DNA from: Candidatus Poriferisodalis sp.
GTDB taxonomy: Bacteria > Actinomycetota > Acidimicrobiia > Acidimicrobiales > Poriferisodalaceae
NCBI RefSeq assembly: GCF_965208485.1
Contig: NZ_OZ242344.1
Span: 648,067-712,066, forward strand
DNA: 64,000 nt
Reading direction: 5' to 3'
This document shows positions 37,157 through 43,945 of this stretch, piece after piece. The translations under genes were made by a program, and so were the position numbers. Within the stretch, counting starts at the first letter, position 1. Every line of letters begins with the position of its first letter. The notes under the pieces are model-generated. The model saw only the letters and a list, made by a program, of their open reading frames with translations. It had not been told where the DNA came from and did no database searches.

Positions 37157-37636
37157 TCAGCGTGCTGAGTGCAGGCGCCGAACGGCTTTGGCCTCGGCGA
37201 CTGCGAGGTCCATCAGATCGTCGCCTTCGGGCTCAGCTGACGACCGGGGCGACGAATCTGGGAGCGAGGGAACGGACTGCACGAAGAGGCTACGAGCCTG
37301 TGTGGCCGGGACGTCAAGAGCGGCGCCAATCTGATCCCAGGACGCGCCTGCCATGCGAGCGGATCGAATCAGTTCCCGGCACGAAGCCGGCAGAGTTGCG
37401 TCGCACGGTCCGACGTCTCCGAGCGCGTCAAGCGCAGCCTGGGGCACTCGAGCCTCAGCAATCTCGCTCACACCATCCAGCGTAGGAGCGATTGCCGTTG
37501 AGAGTCCACCGGTTTTCTCCCGAACACTGTTGGTCCCTTCCGACTCTCGCGAGGTCGCAGGCTGCAGATGCAGCCGCACAGCATCAGTGTGGACGACACG
37601 CCGCGTCGAGCGCGCCTTTGAGGCAGCCGACAACAC
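37157..37636 (-). CDS. Possible antitoxin/HTH protein upstream of the PIN fragment (start uncertain)
   Basis: Stop lies 15 bp from the PIN start. HTH-like SWDQIGAALDVPATQARSLF. Only the C-terminal ~65 aa (from M at 37354) may be real. Confidence 0.3.
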   Translation of the reverse strand: MLSAASKARSTRRVVHTDAVRLHLQPATSRESEGTNSVREKTGGLSTAIAPTLDGVSEIAEARVPQAALDALGDVGPCDATLPASCRELIRSARMAGASWDQIGAALDVPATQARSLFVQSVPSLPDSSPRSSAEPEGDDLMDLAVAEAKAVRRLHSAR

Positions 37637-37669
37637 CGGACGTTCTACCGGATGATTGGTTCCAAGGGG

Positions 37670-37815
37670 TTAGTGGTCGTGGGCGATGAGTGAGCGTGCG
37701 GGGCCGGGTCGGTGGGTGGTCTGGTTGTGCCAGATGGCGGTGGTGAAGGCGAGGATTCTGGACAGCATGCGTGCGGCGACGCCGGGTTGGGTTCGGCCGC
37801 GGTGGTGTTCAAGGC
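37670..37815 (-). pseudogene. IS982-family transposase C-terminal fragment
   Basis: ...HHRGRTQPGVAARMLSRILAFTTAIWHNQTTHRPGPARSLIAHDH* matches the characteristic IS982 C-terminus (...AIWHN...RSLxAYDH). The upstream part is replaced by repeat copy B. Confidence 0.6.
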
Positions 37816-37824
37816 TGAGGTGAT

Positions 37825-38345
37825 TCATTCCCGGTTTGGGAGACGGCGTGGGTGACGGGCTGAATGGCAGCCACCGGCGGTCTCGATTTGGGTTTGCATT
37901 TGGAAGAAACGATGGATTCGGTGAAACGCGCAGTGTTCCCTGCCGCACATGCCAGAACCGACATCGCGAGTCACTGGAGGCAGTATCTGGGCCGATGAGC
38001 CGGAATGGCCTCCGGCCACCTCAGGCGGGATTGGAACTGTGCGCGCGCCAGGCTCGCTCTGCCCAGCCTTCGCCCAACTCGATTCGCACTACGGGCACGC
38101 CTGCCACCGATTCGACGTCTCGCAGGGCTGAGCACAGGGCTTGGTCTCGTGAAGCCGCCGACCGCGTGAACTCCAGCGTGTCGTGCCCGATGGTCGCGTC
38201 GCCGCGACCGGCCTCGGAGAGGGCGTCAAGGATGGACCAGTCAAGGAGATCGGCCCCCGCAGTCACCAGCACGAAACAGAATGTCTCGCCTGCCCCGTCC
38301 AACTGAACGTCGCTTGCGCTCAGGTCACCCCGATCCGTCTGTGGT
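37825..38345. repeat. ~0.52-kb direct repeat, copy B
   Basis: Colinear with 35434-35960. Homology decays near 38345, just before the AT-rich palindrome. Confidence 0.75.
38021..38302 (-). CDS. Paralog of the 91-aa protein at 35654-35929 (orphan copy; may be decaying)
   Basis: MDGAGETFCFVLVTAGADLLDWSILDAL... The ATG position of copy A reads CTG here. It has a different C-terminal extension and no HicA-like ORF upstream. Confidence 0.35.
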   Translation of the reverse strand: MDGAGETFCFVLVTAGADLLDWSILDALSEAGRGDATIGHDTLEFTRSAASRDQALCSALRDVESVAGVPVVRIELGEGWAERAWRAHSSNPA

Positions 38346-38353
38346 TGTTGGCG

Positions 38354-38377
38354 TTTGATAATAATAGTATTATCAAA
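38354..38377. promoter_or_regulatory. Perfect AT-rich palindrome (TTTGATAATA-atag-TATTATCAAA) abutting the toxin start codon; candidate operator and -10 element
   Basis: 10-bp arms are exact reverse complements. TATTAT lies 5 nt before the GTG at 38379, leaving no room for an RBS. This suggests a leaderless mRNA. Confidence 0.5.
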
Positions 38378-38378
38378 C

Positions 38379-38798
38379 GTGTCACAGTGGTCGGTCGAGT
38401 TTCATCCTGCCTGCCGGCAGTGGGCGGAGGGACTCGAACAGGCCGACGCTGAGGCCTTGCTCGCTGCCATCCGCGTGCTGCGAGACCAGGGACCGACGCT
38501 GGGCCGTCCGCTGGTCGACACGCTCAAGAGCAGCCGACACAACAACATGAAGGAACTCCGCCCAGGCTCAACCGGACGAACTGAAATCCGAGTCTTGTTC
38601 GCCTTCGACCTCGAACGCAGGGCCATCCTGCTGGTCGGCGGCGACAAGGGCGACGATTGGGACCGTTGGTATGAATCGAACATCCCGATCGCCGATGATC
38701 GATTCGACGAACATCAAGCCAAGCTCGCCGAGAGGCGGCAGACGACACCACGCAGGACGGCACCGAGAAAGCAGACCGGCAGGAGGAAGCGACGATGA
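38379..38798 (+). CDS. Type II toxin, HigB/RelE-superfamily (Gp49-like)
   Basis: VSQWSVEFHPACRQWAEGL...LKSSRHNNMKELRPGSTGRTEIRVLFAFDLERRAILLVGGDKGDDW, the typical Gp49/HigB-like pattern. Confidence 0.75.
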   Translation: MSQWSVEFHPACRQWAEGLEQADAEALLAAIRVLRDQGPTLGRPLVDTLKSSRHNNMKELRPGSTGRTEIRVLFAFDLERRAILLVGGDKGDDWDRWYESNIPIADDRFDEHQAKLAERRQTTPRRTAPRKQTGRRKRR

Positions 38799-39088
38799 GT
38801 CTTGAACAATGGGAGCAGAAGGTCCTTCAAGCGCCAGGCGCCGACCAGCGCGTCAGCGAGATCGAGGACGAACTGCGATTGGCTGCTGGGTTGACCGCTC
38901 TGCGTGAGAGCGCCGGCTTGTCCCAGCGCGACCTCGCTGAGCGGATCGGCGTATCGCAACCCCGCATCGCCGCCATCGAGTGCTCGGACAACGTCACGAT
39001 CAGCGTCCTCCAGCGCTACGCCCGCGGAGTAGATGGCCGCCTCGAAGTGTCCGTAGTGCAAGATCAACGACGGACTCCTCTGCTCTGA
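38795..39088 (+). CDS. XRE-family HTH antitoxin (HigA-like)
   Basis: LRESAGLSQRDLAERIGVSQPRIAAIE. Its ATG overlaps the toxin stop (ATGA). Confidence 0.8.
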   Translation: MSLEQWEQKVLQAPGADQRVSEIEDELRLAAGLTALRESAGLSQRDLAERIGVSQPRIAAIECSDNVTISVLQRYARGVDGRLEVSVVQDQRRTPLL

Positions 39089-39274
39089 CACCTATAGGCC
39101 ACGCGGATTGGTCGCTGCGGGAACTAAGCCAGATCAACATCGGCACCTCACGTAGCCGGGCGAACTCCGACCCCGGGATGAGACCGCATCGGATACGCGT
39201 CCCCAATACGATCTGGCGAAGAGGGCTCGACCCGGTGGCCCGGGTCAAGCCACTTCTTGCCGTCCAAGGCCATC

Positions 39275-39682
39275 ATGAGCGACAGAGTTGCCCACCTACA
39301 GATCATCCAGGGCGTCATCAATCGTCTGAGCCAGAACTCATTCCTGCTCAAAGGCTGGGCCGTCGTCTTGGTGTCAGGTCTGTTCGCCTTGGCGGCGGGC
39401 AATTCCGAGATCCTGTTCGTCTATCTGGCCTACCTTCCTGCGATCGCCTTCTGGTGTCTCGATGCCTACTTCCTCCGGCAAGAACGTCTGTATCGCGCGC
39501 TGTACGACGAGATGCGCGAAGTCGATGAAGCCGACGTTGATTTCTCGATGGACACGCGATCCGTTGCAGACAAGGTTGCGCCCTGGTACAGGGTTGCAGT
39601 CTCACCGACGATCATCGCCTTTCACCTGACGCTGATAGGCGCTGTCGCTCTGGTCATGGCGATTATTCTCGGCCGGCAGTGA
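39275..39682 (+). CDS. Small membrane protein (3 predicted TM segments)
   Basis: MSDRVAHLQIIQGVINRLSQNSFLLKGWAVVLVSGLFALAAG...ILFVYLAYLPAIAFWCLDAYF...IIAFHLTLIGAVALVMAIIL. Its stop overlaps the next gene's GTG start (GTGA). Confidence 0.6.
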   Translation: MSDRVAHLQIIQGVINRLSQNSFLLKGWAVVLVSGLFALAAGNSEILFVYLAYLPAIAFWCLDAYFLRQERLYRALYDEMREVDEADVDFSMDTRSVADKVAPWYRVAVSPTIIAFHLTLIGAVALVMAIILGRQ

Positions 39683-40782
39683 GCAGACCGTTGCGGGCCG
39701 CGATGAAGCCGCCCGCGCCGACGGTCGTCTTCGACAGCTATTGGACGTTCGCGACGCGCAGACAGGAGATCTTCCACCAGAGAGTGGAGGGTGCTCCGCC
39801 TCCGTGGACAGACGACCCTGTTCTGTCGGAGTTTCGGTTCACCAATGCGTACCGTGCAGCCGACCGGGTGAGCCAGTACCTGATCCGACACGTGGCGTAC
39901 CAAGGAGATCAATCGGCCGAGGAGGTCGTGTTCCGGGTGCTGCTGTTCAAGCTGTTCAACCGAATCTCGACCTGGGAACTTCTCGAGTCCGAGATCGGGG
40001 AGATCACCGCTGCCGAGTTCGACGTCGAACGATACGACTCGGTCATGACGAGAGCCATCGGGACAGGACAGCGCCTCTACTCCGCGGCGTACATCATGCC
40101 GCCCGCCTCCCGAGGTGGCGGCCGGAAACACTCGAGCCACCTACAGCTGATCAAGGGCATGCTTGACGCCAAGCTGCCCGATCAACTCGTCGGTTCCGGC
40201 TCGATGGCCGAGGCCTTCGGGCTGCTCCGCGGGCTTCGGGGGGTTGGCACATTCCTGGCGTACCAGCTCGTCACCGACCTCAACTACACCTCTGCGCTGG
40301 ACTACTCAGAGATGGAGTTCGTGATGGCAGGCCCAGGGGCGCGGAGCGGGATCGAGAAATGCTTCTCGGACCTCGGTGACTATTCCGTCGAGGACGTCAT
40401 TCGTTGGACGGCCGACCGCCAGCTAGACGAGATGCGAGAGCGCGAGTTGGATTTCATAGACCTCTGGGGTCGGCCGCTCCAACTCATCGACTGTCAGAAC
40501 CTGTTCTGCGAGGTGGACAAGTACGCAAGGGTCATGCACCCCGAGGTTGCGAGCCGGGCCGGTCGCACAAGAATCAAACAGCGGTTTCAGGCCGACCCTT
40601 CGCCTCTCGAGGTGTGGTTCCCGCCGAAGTGGGGGCTCAATGAGCATCTACCGGACGCGCCCTGCAGCCCCGCGACGGCAGCGTCAGGCCGATCCGATCA
40701 TGACGGCCCCAGCATTGCCCACGCATCATGCGGGCAAGCGGAGCTGTTCTGCTCCGAGCCCGACGTCTCAGCACTTTCCTAA
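39679..40782 (+). CDS. Homolog of the 'nucleotide kinase domain / putative DNA base hypermodification' family (helical domain linked to phage 5-hmdU hypermodification enzymes)
   Basis: SYWTFATRRQEIFHQR...PWTDDPVLSEFRFTNAYRAADRVSQYLI..., FLAYQLVTDLNY, LIDCQNLFCEVDKYARV, GRTRIKQRF. These are blocks I recall from that family; not verified by search. Confidence 0.6.
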   Translation: MSRPLRAAMKPPAPTVVFDSYWTFATRRQEIFHQRVEGAPPPWTDDPVLSEFRFTNAYRAADRVSQYLIRHVAYQGDQSAEEVVFRVLLFKLFNRISTWELLESEIGEITAAEFDVERYDSVMTRAIGTGQRLYSAAYIMPPASRGGGRKHSSHLQLIKGMLDAKLPDQLVGSGSMAEAFGLLRGLRGVGTFLAYQLVTDLNYTSALDYSEMEFVMAGPGARSGIEKCFSDLGDYSVEDVIRWTADRQLDEMRERELDFIDLWGRPLQLIDCQNLFCEVDKYARVMHPEVASRAGRTRIKQRFQADPSPLEVWFPPKWGLNEHLPDAPCSPATAASGRSDHDGPSIAHASCGQAELFCSEPDVSALS

Positions 40783-40922
40783 CTCGACTCGGATCGACGG
40801 CCCAGTGGCGGCCCTAGCCGCAACGCACCCCGTCGGACCATACCGAACGACCAGCGAACACAGACCTGTCACACCCCCTCGCTAGCGTCGGAACCATCCG
40901 ATCTAGCTCCAGGAGGCGGGCC

Positions 40923-41393
40923 GTGTCTGACGAACGCCATATCTTCATCAGCCACATCCACGAAGACGACGAGCACGTCCAAAAGCTCAAAAACCTGCTC
41001 GCCACGAAGGGCATGGACGTCAAGAACGGATCCATCACGGAGGACAAATTCAACGACGCTCAGAACGAGCAGTACATCAAGAACGAGATCCTCAAGCCCC
41101 GCATCGACTGGGCGAGTTGTCTGGTGGTCCTTGTCTCAGAAGACACCAAGGACAGCGACTGGGTCAACTGGGAGATCGAGTACGCCCAAGAAACAGACAC
41201 ACGGATCGTCGCTGTCTACGAACACAGTGAGGCCGGAGCCGAACTGCCCGAGGCAGCAAAGGACTACGCCGACGCAGTGGTCGGGTGGACAGGAGACCGG
41301 ATCGTCGATGCGATCAACGGCGAGGACTGCTGGCAGGAGCCCGGTGGCCAGCCAAGGCCCCAGCAGCCTCTCAAGCGAATCCCGAAGTGCTGA
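40923..41393 (+). CDS. TIR-like domain protein (DUF1863/ThsB-like)
   Basis: HIFISHIHEDDEHVQKLKNLL...CLVVLVSEDTKDSDWVNWEIEYA...RIVAVY. AGGAGG RBS at 40911-40916, 6 nt before the GTG. Confidence 0.75.
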   Translation: MSDERHIFISHIHEDDEHVQKLKNLLATKGMDVKNGSITEDKFNDAQNEQYIKNEILKPRIDWASCLVVLVSEDTKDSDWVNWEIEYAQETDTRIVAVYEHSEAGAELPEAAKDYADAVVGWTGDRIVDAINGEDCWQEPGGQPRPQQPLKRIPKC

Positions 41394-41396
41394 TTC

Positions 41397-41984
41397 TTGA
41401 CTCGGCTGTTCTCGTACGTCGTCACTAGGGACTACGGCTTTGCGCCGAACCCCTTCGGTGGTTTCTGCACCGTTGCCTGCTGCAAACCAATCGTGAGAAG
41501 CGTCGCGCAGGTCGGCGACTACATCGTCGGCACGGCAACAACCGCCAAGTTCCCACCTGGCCAGGTCGTCTATGTGATGAGGGTCAGCGAGGTACTCAGC
41601 TTCGACCAGTTCTGGAACGATCCTCGCTTCGAGCCGAAGCGCCCGATCCTGAACGCAACAAGGAAGCGCCAGTACGGCGACAACATCTACTGCACCAACT
41701 CGCAAGGGGAGTTTGTCCAGATGGACTCTCACCACAGCCTTGCCGGTGGTGCAACCAACACCTTCAATCTCAACAAAGACACCGGCGTCGACCGAGTGCT
41801 CGTCTCTGACCGCTATACGTACTGGGGTGGCTCAGGACCCGACTTGCCCGCAGAACTCCACTACACCCTCGCCAGACGCGGACACCGCTCAAAGTTCACG
41901 GACGACCAAGTCGCGGCGTTCGTCAGCTGGGCGGAGCCGCTCCTCGGACAAGGCTTCTGCGGGCGGCCATTCAGCTGGGCCTAG
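41397..41984 (+). CDS. Nmad2-like (nucleotide-modification-associated domain 2) protein
   Basis: MTRLFSYVVTRDYGFAPNPFGGFCTVACCKPIVRSVAQVGDYIVGT matches my recollection of the Nmad2 N-terminal signature. Starts 3 nt after the TIR stop. Confidence 0.6.
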   Translation: MTRLFSYVVTRDYGFAPNPFGGFCTVACCKPIVRSVAQVGDYIVGTATTAKFPPGQVVYVMRVSEVLSFDQFWNDPRFEPKRPILNATRKRQYGDNIYCTNSQGEFVQMDSHHSLAGGATNTFNLNKDTGVDRVLVSDRYTYWGGSGPDLPAELHYTLARRGHRSKFTDDQVAAFVSWAEPLLGQGFCGRPFSWA

Positions 41985-42015
41985 CTCGGCCGCGTCAACA
42001 AACCCCTAGGCCGAC

Positions 42016-42768
42016 CTAATCCGTCGGAGCTGCGAGTTCCTGCGCGACCGGCGTCACCGAGTCTGGCGCTATCGAACCCGACTGCTCGGTGGGAGCCGGC
42101 ACATCGCCATCGCTGTCACCACCATTCGAAAGGGCGGAGTTCACAGCGAAACCAATCAGAGCTGCGATGACGGCGGCCGCGATCGTGCCTACGACCCAAG
42201 CCGAGGTTCGAGCAATGCGTTCGAGGCTCTCGACCCGGGTTGCCAGCGCTTGCGGCGACGCAACATCGCCCTGAAGATTCTCGACGTCCGCGCTCGTGAT
42301 CGAGGTTCGGCCCGGCTTGTCGTAGACGTCCCCAGTCGCGGCGTCCAAGGAGCTCAGCCAAAGCAGGAACAAGCGATCGCCCCGTGCCACGACCACTGGC
42401 GTCGGCCCCGCATTGAAGACGGAGAACAGAATCCGGCCGTGGTACCCCGGGTCCACATGGAAGCCCGAGACGTTCACCAGCCCTCGCTGCTTCCACTTGA
42501 ACCTGGCCGAGATGAGACCAAGCGCATCGGCCGGGATCCGTACCGTTTCCTCGGTCAGCAGGTTCGCGAAATGGCCCGGCGGGATCCGCACCTGTTCGCC
42601 TTCAGCCAGCGTCCGTTTCGTCTTCGACTCGCTGTCGGTCACGTACACCTCGTGACCCAAGCGGAGTTCGTATGCACAGTTGACGACTAGCTCTGGCTTA
42701 TAGGGCTCGACGATCTGCTCGTCAGGGAGCCGGGCGCGCAGCGTTTCGGTCCTCCAGAAGCCGCTCAA
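42016..42768 (-). CDS. dCTP-deaminase/dUTPase-superfamily protein with a C-terminal TM anchor
   Basis: SGFWRTETL...NCAYELRLGHEVYV...GLVNVSGFHVDPGYHGRILFSVFNAG...RLFLLW, then a coiled segment and the TM helix WVVGTIAAAVIAALIGFAV. The TTG start at 42768 overlaps the upstream stop (TTGA). Start is uncertain. Confidence 0.7.
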   Translation of the reverse strand: MSGFWRTETLRARLPDEQIVEPYKPELVVNCAYELRLGHEVYVTDSESKTKRTLAEGEQVRIPPGHFANLLTEETVRIPADALGLISARFKWKQRGLVNVSGFHVDPGYHGRILFSVFNAGPTPVVVARGDRLFLLWLSSLDAATGDVYDKPGRTSITSADVENLQGDVASPQALATRVESLERIARTSAWVVGTIAAAVIAALIGFAVNSALSNGGDSDGDVPAPTEQSGSIAPDSVTPVAQELAAPTD

Positions 42769-43406
42769 GCTCTTGCCTCGGGGCTCCCCGAGGCACTCGC
42801 GCCCTCCGATTGGGCACTGGCCTCGAGTGCGGTCGGCGGGAGCCTCTCGTTGCAGACCGTCGCGAGCTTCACGCCGAACACCGCAACGTCCGCCAATCGC
42901 TCGGGACAGAAGTCTTCCCACGTACCCGCATCGATCGCATCGACTAGCAGGCCCGCCAACTTCGTGACATGGAAGGTGTAGTGGCGCAGTTGCTCAACTT
43001 TGGGGAGCCCGAAGACGTCTGGATGAAACTGTCGGTCATGTGCGAGCTGCCCGACTTGGAAATCGGCCCAAGTGCACGCGGCATCGAGGGCGTCTGCCCC
43101 CGCAAGCTCGGAAGTGCCGGACGCCGAGCCGTGCTGAAGCAGGCTGGCCGACTCCACGTCTCGAATCCGTGTTGCATATGCATCGCTGAGCGAGACGCCT
43201 GCGGCGGCAGCGAGCTGCGCCGCCGTTTCTCGGAGCTGCTCCGCGGCATGGACAACCTGCTGAGTTGTCGCCGGCTCGTTGTGCTCAACGTGCTCGCAAT
43301 ATGAGGCGCACGCGGCCGCTGATCGAACGACCGCACGGACAGCGCGCTCAAGCACATCGGGTGTGAGCCCTTCCCGGGCGCTCGTCTCCGTGCCGTCCAT
43401 CGTCAT
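42765..43406 (-). CDS. Hypothetical all-helical protein, weakly MazG-like (NTP pyrophosphohydrolase fold?)
   Basis: 213 aa. Segments ...GVSLSDAYATRIRDVE... and ...ERLADVAVFGVKLATVCNERL recall MazG helices. No clear EExxE motif seen. Confidence 0.45.
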   Translation of the reverse strand: MTMDGTETSAREGLTPDVLERAVRAVVRSAAACASYCEHVEHNEPATTQQVVHAAEQLRETAAQLAAAAGVSLSDAYATRIRDVESASLLQHGSASGTSELAGADALDAACTWADFQVGQLAHDRQFHPDVFGLPKVEQLRHYTFHVTKLAGLLVDAIDAGTWEDFCPERLADVAVFGVKLATVCNERLPPTALEASAQSEGASASGSPEARA

Positions 43407-43763
43407 CTCCGTGCATTCAAACTACAGGCTTGTGACCCGTGAGCCAAGGGGCCGCCGACAGGCCAACACCGTCGACTGGCACCTCGCCCATACTGACGCT
43501 CGAGTGAGCTGAGCATCACGCTGCACCGCTCGCTTCAAGGAGTCCACTCGGGCATCGGTGCCCGCCGTACCAGCCGGTTCCCGCGTCCACTCGTGCCAGC
43601 AGCAGCACGAGCCAGCAAAGCCCAAGTGGCGCACGCCGCGCCGTCCCCACAACCGCAGGCCACTCGGCGATTCTCCACGGGTTGTGTTCGCCGTTCCGCT
43701 GTGACAGACGCCCCAGCAATTGACCTCGACGACGGCTGAGCCTGCGCATAGACCAAAGCGAAT

Positions 43764-43878
43764 GATCTACGCCCACATGCGGACGCTGCGCATCGCGGAC
43801 GGCCCCGACGAGGTCCACAAGATGACCATCGCCCGCCGCGAACTCCGCCGCCACGACCCCGACTTTCGGATGAGCTAG
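43764..43878 (+). pseudogene. Displaced 3' fragment (last ~37 codons) of an acyl-CoA dehydrogenase gene
   Basis: Hand alignment to 31903-32017 gives 9 mismatches in 115 nt, and both end at TAG. The fragment encodes [37 protein letters not shown]. Confidence 0.8.
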
Positions 43879-43901
43879 CTCATCCGAAACATCAGACACT
43901 G

Positions 43902-43921
43902 CGGATGGCGTAAGCCATCCG
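43902..43921. terminator. Hairpin between the convergent ACAD fragment and the nitroreductase gene (cggatggc-gtaa-gccatccg)
   Basis: Perfect 8-bp stem with a 4-nt loop. Flanked by an imperfect 18-bp direct repeat (catccgaaacatcagacac / catccggaacatcagacac). No U-tract. Confidence 0.4.
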
Positions 43922-43945
43922 GAACATCAGACACAGCCGTATGGG

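Noticed and set aside
41978-42012. Short inverted repeat (ggcctag ... ctaggcc) between the convergent Nmad2-like and dCTP-deaminase-like genes, considered as a terminator
   Set aside because: A 7-bp stem with a ~20-nt loop and no U-tract is too weak to call.
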